DNA of 32,000 bases from Candidatus Nanopusillus sp. (GTDB lineage: Archaea > Nanobdellota > Nanobdellia > Nanobdellales > Nanobdellaceae): contig JAPWTZ010000005.1 in NCBI GenBank assembly GCA_028275775.1, positions 612-32,611 of the forward strand. The letters are read 5' to 3'. The first letter of the stretch is position 1. Each line of letters opens with the position of its first letter. Of the stretch, positions 7,322 to 16,458 are shown piece after piece. The position numbers and the translations under genes are program-made. Under the pieces are notes generated by a model. That model did no database searches and was not told where the DNA came from. It worked only from the letters and a program-made list of their open reading frames with translations.

Positions 7322-7358
7322 ATATTTAATTTTTTATTTTTGGCTTATAAATTTTTAT

Positions 7359-9494
7359 TTATAAATTTGTTGAAGGTTTTGTTACTGTTTGTTTTAATTT
7401 ATTTATCAGATTATCATCAACCTTATTAAATAGAACCTGTGGTTCTTTAACTATTTCTATAACTATATTATTAGAAAATTGTAGAAGAGTACTAAGGTTA
7501 TCAAAGGATATTTCTTTATAATTTATAAATTCAAAGAATTTTTCTGAAGAATTTGGTATAAATGGATATAACATTGTATATATAGAAATTAGTAATATAA
7601 CTAAAGATTTAACTAGACTTTTATTATTTTCAGGATTCTCCCATGGTTTATTTTCCTGAAATATTTTATTTCCATAACCAGATAATTCCAATATTTTTCT
7701 TAATGCTAAATTAAATTCTCCTTTATCCATATATTTATAATATTCATTTAATGTATTATTTATTGTATTTATAATATCCTTTCTAACATTGCCATCTATT
7801 TTATTATTATAATATTTTCTAACAAAAGATAAAATTCTATGAGTAAGATTTCCTATATTATTTACCAATTCATTGTTTATAACAGATTGGAAATCATCCC
7901 ATTTAAAGTCAGAATCTTTATTATATGGTAAAATATATGAAATATAAAATCTCCAATAATCAGGATCAAGTTCTGATTTTATTAATGAATCACAAAATAT
8001 ACCCCAATTTTGACTTTTACTAATTTTCCTATTTTCATATGTTAAATAAGATAGTCCAATTACATTATATGGTAAACTATAATTATCCAATTTTGTATAT
8101 TCAAAGAATTCTTTATAATTATCGCTTACATTATGCGTAGATAATAAAATTGCTGGCCAAAATACTGCATGAAATGGAATATTATCTTTTCCTAAAAAAT
8201 GATATACTTTTCCATTTATCCAAAATTCTCTCCAATTAATATCTAAAACAATTTTTATAACTTTTTTATTTTCAAACAAGAATTTTAATATCTTATATAA
8301 ATTAAAGAAATCACTATATAATCCTGATAAATATAAAACACTTCCATCTATTTTATATTCTAATTCATATATTTTATTATTTATTTTTATCTTAATTATT
8401 TTTCCATTGTCTTCTAATAAAGATACATCATTTATATTCTCATCTTTTACATCATCATATAAATATTCCCCCTTTAATTTTTGTGCAATAAATGATATAT
8501 ATCCAATTAGTGCATCATACCAGACATATAATACTTTATCCTTATATTCTTCAAAATGATTATATAAATTAAATATACTATCAATTTTTGGCCAGTTTTC
8601 TTCTACAATCTTTAAAATTTTTGTATATTCATCTGTATCTATTACTAAACCTTCTTCTTTTAACGCATTTACTAAAGAATCAACAAAAGCATCTTTTGAA
8701 TTAAATGATAATTTATTAAATATTTTTTTAATTGTTACTTGCCATAATTCTTTATATGGAACTGGTACTCCAAAAGATAGATCTCTAGTTATACTTCTTT
8801 CTTTTAATCCTTCTTTTATCCATGATAAAGACATTGTTATTGCTAGATCTGTAAATATTCCTTTTTTACTTTCTAAATATTCTTTTATTTTATCCTCTAA
8901 TTTAGTTAAGTTTAAATATAAATGCTTTGTTTTTCTAAATACAATTTTATTTCCAGTAATTGAATTCCTTGGATCAATTAATTCTTTAGGATCTAATAAT
9001 CTACCACAATTTTCACATTGATCTCCTCTAGCATTTTCATATCCACAATATGGGCATTTTCCTACAACAAATCTATCTGCTAAAAATTTATTCCATTCAG
9101 GATCATATGGTAATTCAACCTCTTTTTCTACTATATATCCATTTATATATGCTTTAATAAATAATTCTTGAACTATTTTATAATGTAAAGGATTATTTGA
9201 TGTTTGACTAAATTGATCAAATGAAAGATTAAACCATTTATATACTTCTTTATGTACATTATGAAAGAATTTAACAATCTCTTCAGGTTTTTTATTTCTC
9301 TTAATTGCTTCTACTTCTGTAGCAGATCCATGATCATCTGTTCCACACAAATAAAATACAATGTTACCTTTCAATCTATTGTATCTTGCAAATATATCTG
9401 AAGGTAAAAGACTTCCGGCAATATGTCCTATATGTGGTACATTATTTACATATGGTAATGCTGATGTAATTAATACAATATCTTTACTTTCCAT
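7359..9494 (-). CDS. metG: Methionyl-tRNA synthetase
   Basis: 711 aa. HIGH motif (PHIGHIAG), Zn knuckles CPYCGY...CENCG, VWYDALIGY, HFLGKDNIPFHAVFWPA, and KMSKS variant KISKS. There are two large insertions relative to the canonical core, and no obvious Trbp111-type C-domain. Confidence 0.9.
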   Translation of the reverse strand: MESKDIVLITSALPYVNNVPHIGHIAGSLLPSDIFARYNRLKGNIVFYLCGTDDHGSATEVEAIKRNKKPEEIVKFFHNVHKEVYKWFNLSFDQFSQTSNNPLHYKIVQELFIKAYINGYIVEKEVELPYDPEWNKFLADRFVVGKCPYCGYENARGDQCENCGRLLDPKELIDPRNSITGNKIVFRKTKHLYLNLTKLEDKIKEYLESKKGIFTDLAITMSLSWIKEGLKERSITRDLSFGVPVPYKELWQVTIKKIFNKLSFNSKDAFVDSLVNALKEEGLVIDTDEYTKILKIVEENWPKIDSIFNLYNHFEEYKDKVLYVWYDALIGYISFIAQKLKGEYLYDDVKDENINDVSLLEDNGKIIKIKINNKIYELEYKIDGSVLYLSGLYSDFFNLYKILKFLFENKKVIKIVLDINWREFWINGKVYHFLGKDNIPFHAVFWPAILLSTHNVSDNYKEFFEYTKLDNYSLPYNVIGLSYLTYENRKISKSQNWGIFCDSLIKSELDPDYWRFYISYILPYNKDSDFKWDDFQSVINNELVNNIGNLTHRILSFVRKYYNNKIDGNVRKDIINTINNTLNEYYKYMDKGEFNLALRKILELSGYGNKIFQENKPWENPENNKSLVKSLVILLISIYTMLYPFIPNSSEKFFEFINYKEISFDNLSTLLQFSNNIVIEIVKEPQVLFNKVDDNLINKLKQTVTKPSTNL

Positions 9495-9525
9495 GAAATT
9501 ATTGATAATTATTATTTTTATAAAT

Positions 9526-11958
9526 TCATAATATTTCTTCTATATCTTCTTTATTCTTTGATACAAAGTTTGTATATATTTCAGAATAATGACTGAATTT
9601 TATTATATCATTCTTATATTTTGGTAAGTTTTTTATCATAAATTGTTTTATATCTTTTACAATATTTCCAGTATATGCTTCAAATAAACTTCTTATAACA
9701 TCTCTTATAACTAAATATGCTTTCTCATATTTTTTTATCTCACCAATATTATCCTTAAACCATTGATATAATACATAGATGACTTCTGGATTTTTTGATA
9801 TACTTGTAAATAAAGTTCTCCAATCTTGCAATTTTATATAATTATCTATTGCTTTATCCAATAAATCTACAATCATACTTGTCCTTCTAAAGTTAGATAA
9901 TCCTCTTAATAATATTATTCTTTCCTCTGGATTTTGGGATTTTGAATATAAATTGTACATTCTCATATATTCATTTGTTCCCCCATGTAAACCAATTATA
10001 TCAGATATAACCTGTCTATCATTATTATTTAGTTTTTCCCATTCTTTAAACTTATTAAATGAATCTTTTATTATATTATAATCATTTAAGAATCCCAATA
10101 CTTTATATGCCAATTTTTTTAACATTAAACTATTGTAATCCTTTATTTCTATATCATAATAATTCTTAAATATATCTTTATAATGTTCAAATATTCTTTT
10201 TTCTTCTATATTAAAGTAAAATGATATATCATATAATATTGTATATAATATTGATAAAACTAGCCAATTATCTTCATTTCTATAATATTCAATCAATTCA
10301 AATAATTTCTTTAATTTAATTTTATTCATTAATGCTAATAAATAATAATCATGTAAAATAACAGCTCTACTTAATGGTGATATTTTCTTTTCCTTAATAG
10401 CATTTCCTATATATTCCAAATTTTCATAATTTGATACATAAAAACCAATAGCATCTCTATTAATTATAAAGTATCTAGGATCTCTTTTAAGTATAATCTT
10501 TCCCTTTGATTTATTAAATAATATATTCATTTTTTCTCCTTCAATATCTAAAAATAAAGGAACTGTCCACTTCTTATTTTCTTTCTTATTATATAAAAAT
10601 CTTGATTGAGATAAATGTATTACAAGATTGTTATAATGTACATTTATTATTGGATAACCTGGAGAATTTACGAATTTTTCAATCATTTCTCTTACATATT
10701 TTCCTCCAATTAATTCAAATTCTTTAAATAAATCTGAAGAACTTGCATTTGAATATTTATATTTATGTAGATAATTTATTATTGCAACTCTAAATTTGTC
10801 ATATCCAAGATAATTATCTATCATTCTTAATATATTTCCTCCTTTTCCATAACTTATACTATCAAAAATACTTTCAATTTCTTCTTCTTTTTCTACTTTA
10901 ACATTTATTGGATGTGTATAAATTGTTGAATCTTCAAATTTTGCATTATATGTATCAGCAATATACATATAATTTGATCCAATATTATCTTCATTTAATA
11001 ATTCATCCATAGCTTTATATGCCATATATGTTGCAAAAGATTCATTTAACCAAAGATCATCCCACCATTTCATAGTAACCAAATTTCCGGACCATTGATG
11101 CCATAATTCATGAGCTATAACTTCATATATTCTTAATCTTTGACTATATGAATAATAATCTTCTTTATATAATAGTGCAGATTCTCTAAATGTAATTGCA
11201 CCCCAATTTTCCATTGCTCCAGCAGCAAAATCTGGTATTGCAATCAAATCTAATTTTTCTAATGGATATTCTATTGATGAATAATTTTCATAATATTTTA
11301 ATACTTTTTTTGCCCAATCTAAAGCATCTTCTCCATCCTCGGATTTACCAATATCAGTAACAACTCTTATTTTCTTATTTTCATATTTATCTTCTAAATA
11401 ATCAAATTTTCCTATTCCTAAATATAATAAATATGTTGACATTGGAGGGGTTTTCTTAAATTTTACAATTTTATAATCTTCATTTATTTCTTCATTTTCT
11501 ATTTCTGTATTTGATATTACATCATAATCTTTATTTACTTTTACTTCTAATTCAAATTCTGCTTTAAATTCAGGTTCATCAAAACATGGAATAAAATATC
11601 TTGCATATGTAGGTTCAAATTGTGTAGTTAATATTTTATCTTTTCCTTTACTTAAGTAAAATCCAATTAGATCATTCCTTATCTTTCCTCTAAATTTTAT
11701 ATATAATTTCTTTTTTCCATAATATTTATTATATAAATTTATTTCAACTGTTTCATTATCTATATTTTTAAAACTTACCTTTTTATTATCCAACTTTATT
11801 AATTCTATTTTTATATCTCTTGAATGTAAATATATTTTATTTGTAGGTTTATTTATATCAATCTCTATATTTTCTTCTCCTTTATATTCTAAATTATTAA
11901 TATCTACATCCAATTTTATATAATATTTAGTTGGTTTTACGTCTTTAGGTAATCTCAT
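9526..11958 (-). CDS. M1-family zinc aminopeptidase (tricorn-interacting-factor F2/F3-like)
   Basis: 810 aa. GAMENWG exopeptidase motif, HELWHQW (HExxH) and WLNESFA (third Zn ligand Glu). Confidence 0.85.
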   Translation of the reverse strand: MRLPKDVKPTKYYIKLDVDINNLEYKGEENIEIDINKPTNKIYLHSRDIKIELIKLDNKKVSFKNIDNETVEINLYNKYYGKKKLYIKFRGKIRNDLIGFYLSKGKDKILTTQFEPTYARYFIPCFDEPEFKAEFELEVKVNKDYDVISNTEIENEEINEDYKIVKFKKTPPMSTYLLYLGIGKFDYLEDKYENKKIRVVTDIGKSEDGEDALDWAKKVLKYYENYSSIEYPLEKLDLIAIPDFAAGAMENWGAITFRESALLYKEDYYSYSQRLRIYEVIAHELWHQWSGNLVTMKWWDDLWLNESFATYMAYKAMDELLNEDNIGSNYMYIADTYNAKFEDSTIYTHPINVKVEKEEEIESIFDSISYGKGGNILRMIDNYLGYDKFRVAIINYLHKYKYSNASSSDLFKEFELIGGKYVREMIEKFVNSPGYPIINVHYNNLVIHLSQSRFLYNKKENKKWTVPLFLDIEGEKMNILFNKSKGKIILKRDPRYFIINRDAIGFYVSNYENLEYIGNAIKEKKISPLSRAVILHDYYLLALMNKIKLKKLFELIEYYRNEDNWLVLSILYTILYDISFYFNIEEKRIFEHYKDIFKNYYDIEIKDYNSLMLKKLAYKVLGFLNDYNIIKDSFNKFKEWEKLNNNDRQVISDIIGLHGGTNEYMRMYNLYSKSQNPEERIILLRGLSNFRRTSMIVDLLDKAIDNYIKLQDWRTLFTSISKNPEVIYVLYQWFKDNIGEIKKYEKAYLVIRDVIRSLFEAYTGNIVKDIKQFMIKNLPKYKNDIIKFSHYSEIYTNFVSKNKEDIEEIL

Positions 11959-11990
11959 TAATATATAAAATATTCCGATATATTTTTAAT

Positions 11991-12623
11991 ATGAATAAGG
12001 TTTACAAAGTGCTTGGTCTTCCAATAACAATATGGCTAATAATTATACTCTTTATAGTATATATTATAGAATTAATGAATCCATCGATATTAAATATAAT
12101 TGCCTTTTATCCATATTATGCTATAAGATATCCATGGATGTTTATAACATCTATTTTTGGAGATTATAGTTTAAGTCAATTATTTTTCGATGGATTAGCA
12201 CTATTCTTTCTTGGTTTATCATTTGAATATTTATATGGAAGCGAAAATCTTTTGATATTATTTTTCTTGTCTGGTATTATTGGAAATATATTCTTTTTAT
12301 TTCAATATTATAATAATCCATTGACTGCTGGAATTGGATCTTCTGCTGCAATATCTGGTATATTAGGAGCATTGGGGATATTGAAACCAAAAGAGAAAGT
12401 AATTATATTTCCAATAATAATTCCAATAGATATGATATATGCAGCAATATTTTGGGTAATATTTAACTTAATTGGAATATTTTATCCATTTATACCTTTA
12501 GGATTTTCTGCTCATCTTGGTGGAACATTATTTGGATTTTTATATGGATATATATTAAAAAAATATAAAGGAAAAACATCAATAGATAATATTTTTGATA
12601 ATCAAGAAGAAATTTATTTATAA
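11991..12623 (+). CDS. Rhomboid-family intramembrane serine protease
   Basis: 210 aa, polytopic. Ser motif GIGSSAAISG and His motif SAHLGGTLFG. The TM2 segment reads SLSQLFFDG where GlpG has the HxxxN motif. Confidence 0.7.
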   Translation: MNKVYKVLGLPITIWLIIILFIVYIIELMNPSILNIIAFYPYYAIRYPWMFITSIFGDYSLSQLFFDGLALFFLGLSFEYLYGSENLLILFFLSGIIGNIFFLFQYYNNPLTAGIGSSAAISGILGALGILKPKEKVIIFPIIIPIDMIYAAIFWVIFNLIGIFYPFIPLGFSAHLGGTLFGFLYGYILKKYKGKTSIDNIFDNQEEIYL

Positions 12624-12670
12624 TTTTTTGCCTAATAAACTATATAAATTATTAAAGTATAATTATTAAA

Positions 12671-12910
12671 ATGGAAGCGAAAGTTGAAAATACAAATGAA
12701 AAATTAATAAAGGAAATAAGGACAAAATTGGCTACATTATCTACAAACACACTCTTAAGATATTATGAAGATATTAAATCTAAGATTATCCCCTCAAATT
12801 TATCATATTATTCTCAATATTTATCATATGATGAATTATTAGATAATATTGAAAGAGAATTGATATTAAGAGGAGCCCTAAAAAAGATAAAAAAATTGGA
12901 TATTCGATAA
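12671..12910 (+). CDS. Hypothetical small protein (79 aa)
   Basis: ORF with cytosol-like K/E/L/I composition and no recognisable motif. Its stop abuts the convergent thyA stop (TAATTA). Confidence 0.4.
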   Translation: MEAKVENTNEKLIKEIRTKLATLSTNTLLRYYEDIKSKIIPSNLSYYSQYLSYDELLDNIERELILRGALKKIKKLDIR

Positions 12911-14329
12911 TTATACCTGATCTTGTATATATTTTTTGCCAGTTCTTTTAAATTCATTTGCTTTATATATTTCTCTTCCAACATATATTGAATGATCATA
13001 TAATGTAAAAAATGGTAGTCCCTTTAATCTATTATATATTTCATCAACATTTTCAGATCCAAATTTAAAATCTAAAATTGTATTATCATAACTTCTATGT
13101 TCTATAAATGTTTTATTATCTTCATTATATATTATAAAATTACCCTTTGGATCTGGTACAAAAGATCTTATTCTATATCCATATTTTTCTAATACTTTTT
13201 CCATATATGGAAAATCATGTTCATATACATGTGCTGATGCTGAAATTGTTGTAACAATTCCCAATTCATATCCTTTATTTGTTCTTTTATTTATTTCATT
13301 AACAATATATTCTCCAATTCTAATTAATGCATACATATTTAATGCCCATCCTCTAAACATATCATTACTCCTTATATATTCTGTAAGGTTTAGATATTTT
13401 CCCTGAATTATTGCTTCTATAGATATAACACATGGTGGATCATTTGAATATATATCTCTATTTGGATTCCATGTAATCATAATTGCTCTCCTTGTTTCTG
13501 GATTTTTTGACAATTTATTTATCATATATTCTAATTGATTTATATTATTATAATTAAGAAATCTTTCTCCATATGTATAATCAACACCTTCTGGTTTTTT
13601 ATCAATAAAATATCCTTTTAAATGTTTTTCAAATTCTTCTAATTTAATAAATTCATCAAATTCCTTTTCTAATTGATATTTTTTCCCATATAATCCTAAA
13701 CTAACAATTATATTTAATCTCTCTAATTGTTTTTCATTATATTCAGAATCTTTTAAAATTCCAAACATTTTAATTTCTGTTAATACTCTTATCCATGCAT
13801 TAAATAAAGATTCTTCATATATAAATGCTGGAGGTAATGGAATAATATAACCATAATCTTTCTTTACATCTTCATTTATTTCAATATTTATCTTTCTTCT
13901 AAATATACTATTTGGTTTATAATTACTCTCAATTATTTCTTCTAATTTACTTATATTCTTATTCCAAAAATCTTTTCTCATATCTATTACATTTGTAGTA
14001 TTTAAAATTTCTTTTATTTCATCATAATTCAAATTTATATGATATCTCCTTAATGTATCTTCATCCTTATTATTAAATATATCTATTAATGCCTGACCTG
14101 ATTGGGTTAGATCGGGTCCATATAGAATTATTCTATTTATTTGTGGATTTTCTCCCAATGTTTGAATTAAATATTTTATTCCGTTAACTGTATATAGTGT
14201 TCCAATTATATTTACCTTATTTTTAACATTTTCAGGTAATGAATTAAATATAAAATCTTTTTTTGCCCACAATGTTGCTATAGAAATATTGCTTTTTGGA
14301 TTTACAATTAAAATATCCTTTTCTAACAT
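12911..14329 (-). CDS. thyA: Thymidylate synthase (ThyA family) with extra ~165-aa N-terminal domain
   Basis: 472 aa. The C-terminal ~300 aa carry ThyA motifs: YTYGERF, TRRAIMITWNP, catalytic DPPC (Cys300), IRSNDMFRGWALNMYAL, and SAHVYEHD. The N-terminal part (ISIATLW...IIGTLYTVNGIKYLIQTLGENPQINRIILYGPDLTQSGQALIDIFNN) resembles MtrA-like domains. Confidence 0.8.
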   Translation of the reverse strand: MLEKDILIVNPKSNISIATLWAKKDFIFNSLPENVKNKVNIIGTLYTVNGIKYLIQTLGENPQINRIILYGPDLTQSGQALIDIFNNKDEDTLRRYHINLNYDEIKEILNTTNVIDMRKDFWNKNISKLEEIIESNYKPNSIFRRKINIEINEDVKKDYGYIIPLPPAFIYEESLFNAWIRVLTEIKMFGILKDSEYNEKQLERLNIIVSLGLYGKKYQLEKEFDEFIKLEEFEKHLKGYFIDKKPEGVDYTYGERFLNYNNINQLEYMINKLSKNPETRRAIMITWNPNRDIYSNDPPCVISIEAIIQGKYLNLTEYIRSNDMFRGWALNMYALIRIGEYIVNEINKRTNKGYELGIVTTISASAHVYEHDFPYMEKVLEKYGYRIRSFVPDPKGNFIIYNEDNKTFIEHRSYDNTILDFKFGSENVDEIYNRLKGLPFFTLYDHSIYVGREIYKANEFKRTGKKYIQDQV

Positions 14330-14351
14330 ATAGATAATTTTTTATTTTTTC

Positions 14352-15914
14352 TTATAAATCTTCTTTTTTATCTATTATTCCCAAATATAATAAATTTTTT
14401 ACATTCTTTTTGCTCATTTTATAACTTCTATATTGCAAATAGAATATAAATAATATTGAAATTATCCAAATATAAACGGAAAGATCTCCAAATGTTATAC
14501 TTATTAAAAATGGTAAAATATTATAAGAATTTATATACGGTAACCAGGATGAATATGCATAATAAAGGAAATATATGTTTATTAATAGGAATATTATATA
14601 TATAGTTATTGAATAATAATCAAAATTATATTTTCTTATTGTTTTAACAGTAACTATCCATTTATTATCTAAACCAATTAATAATCTTCTTAAATAATAG
14701 AATATTGTTAGTGCAGACATACCCCAACCAATTAATAATGCTAAAAAAGAATCCAAAATACTTGCTTTATTGTATATCCTCTTTTCAACTATATAATATT
14801 CTGTTATAAAGATTGATATTATGTAAATTTGTGAGAAATAAAAGAATGGAGCTACATAATACCATAAAGGAGATGATAAATTGAATAGAATAATAATTAT
14901 ACTAATCAGTATTAATATAAAAGAAATTAATGGTAAAAATAATGATGAAAACATATGAATAAAACTTATTTTTTGTTTAAATTTCAAATTTTTATTAAAT
15001 AATATTTTCCAGAAATTTGAAACAATTACATCAAAAGTACCTGTCTGCCATCTCCTTATTGTTTTTAATGTCATATTAAAGTTTGGAGGTAAATTTTGTC
15101 CATATTCAGTCCAATCTCTTATATATATTCCCTTAAAACCATTTAAATATAATCTAATTGTTAATGAAGCATCTTCAGTTAAATGTGATGTAAATTTTCC
15201 AGCTTTTTTATAATCCTTTAATCTTAAAACACCACAAGAACCGTGTGCCATAGATATATCATCTAAAATATTTTTCATTGGCAAATAAAATTCGAAAAAT
15301 GTATCTACATAAATTCCAACAATTTTATGAAAATAATCTATTGGAACAGTTCTTCTATTCCAATATACAAAAGACAAATCCTTATTTGATTCTAAGATAC
15401 ATACAGCTTTATATAAATATTCAATTGTAACAGTCCATTCAAAATCATATACAGAAAAATACTTTATATTATATTTTCTTTCTAAATAATCTATTATATC
15501 ATCTAAAGCAGCACCCTTTCTTTTTATACCATTTAATCTAAAATAATATTTTACTTTATCTAAGTCATATATTAAATATTTCTCATCATAATATTTTCTT
15601 AAGCAATTTTTTTCTAAATATTCTATCAATTTATTTTCTTTATTTAATTCTGTGTCATCTAAGAATAAAAAATATATAGTTAGATTTTTATATACATTAT
15701 TTAGATTTTTCAAATATTCAATCTTTTTTATTATAATATCTTCTTCTTCATTTTTTACTGGAAATATTACAAATAAATTTTCTTTATTTTCTAAATCTTT
15801 ATATTTTGGAACTTTTATTTTTCTATCTATATTTATTAAATATCTTAGATCAAATATTGATATTATTAATATATCTAATAATAATAATAAAGAAGAAATA
15901 AATAATAGATCCAT
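14352..15914 (-). CDS. Membrane-integrated family-2 glycosyltransferase (processive synthase-like)
   Basis: 520 aa. N-terminal TM, then a GT-A domain (FPVKNEE, FLFLDD, LTEDASLT, TIRRWQTG as a QxxRW variant), then a C-terminal multi-TM bundle. Confidence 0.75.
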   Translation of the reverse strand: MDLLFISSLLLLLDILIISIFDLRYLINIDRKIKVPKYKDLENKENLFVIFPVKNEEEDIIIKKIEYLKNLNNVYKNLTIYFLFLDDTELNKENKLIEYLEKNCLRKYYDEKYLIYDLDKVKYYFRLNGIKRKGAALDDIIDYLERKYNIKYFSVYDFEWTVTIEYLYKAVCILESNKDLSFVYWNRRTVPIDYFHKIVGIYVDTFFEFYLPMKNILDDISMAHGSCGVLRLKDYKKAGKFTSHLTEDASLTIRLYLNGFKGIYIRDWTEYGQNLPPNFNMTLKTIRRWQTGTFDVIVSNFWKILFNKNLKFKQKISFIHMFSSLFLPLISFILILISIIIILFNLSSPLWYYVAPFFYFSQIYIISIFITEYYIVEKRIYNKASILDSFLALLIGWGMSALTIFYYLRRLLIGLDNKWIVTVKTIRKYNFDYYSITIYIIFLLINIYFLYYAYSSWLPYINSYNILPFLISITFGDLSVYIWIISILFIFYLQYRSYKMSKKNVKNLLYLGIIDKKEDL

Positions 15915-15915
15915 T

Positions 15916-16302
15916 TTAATATAAAGGACTCTGTATTATAATAGGTAATAATTGGGATGATGCTGAATATACATAAATAGGACTAATTATTAATGAATAT
16001 ATTATTAATGATATAAGTAATGATGCTAATATAATAATTGCTACAGTTGTTGAAGATAGATCAAATAAATAATATAGTAATGCTTCAATTATAAATAATA
16101 ATATTATAATAAATAAGAATATGGATTGTATTATTGATAAACCCAATAATGATACTAATAACATAAGTAACAATGGTAAAATTATTAACAAAATTATAAA
16201 TATTAATGCTCTTCTTCCCAATAACTTTGATAATATTATTAATACTAAAGAGAATGTATATATTTCGAATAGGATTATGAATGTTGTTAATACCATATAC
16301 AT
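15916..16302 (-). CDS. Small polytopic membrane protein (128 aa), upstream partner of the GT2 gene
   Basis: About four hydrophobic helices rich in L/I. Its stop is 1 nt from the GT2 start. It could still be a low-complexity artefact of the AT-rich sequence. Confidence 0.4.
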   Translation of the reverse strand: MYMVLTTFIILFEIYTFSLVLIILSKLLGRRALIFIILLIILPLLLMLLVSLLGLSIIQSIFLFIIILLFIIEALLYYLFDLSSTTVAIIILASLLISLIIYSLIISPIYVYSASSQLLPIIIQSPLY

Positions 16303-16458
16303 TTTTTTCTATAAAAATATATAAATTTATCCTATACTATTACTACCATATTAACATAATATATTAATAATTTTTCTACAAAATGATAATAGATAAAATA
16401 TTTTTGGAAAAATTTTTAGAATAAAAACCCTTAAAAGATTTTTAAATAAATTATTTAG

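Noticed and set aside
6845-7358. Replication origin (AT-rich DUE with ORB-like element tgtggaat at 7271-7278)
   Set aside because: There is only one weak half-match to the ORB core, no inverted partner in the gap, and no orc1/cdc6 gene in the window. This cannot be supported without whole-chromosome skew data.
8241-8753. MetRS insertions as inteins
   Set aside because: They lack a Cys/Ser/Thr at the would-be N-terminal splice junction, a His-Asn plus Cys/Ser/Thr at the C-terminal junction, and any block A/B/F/G-like motifs. The segments are also far shorter than mini-inteins.
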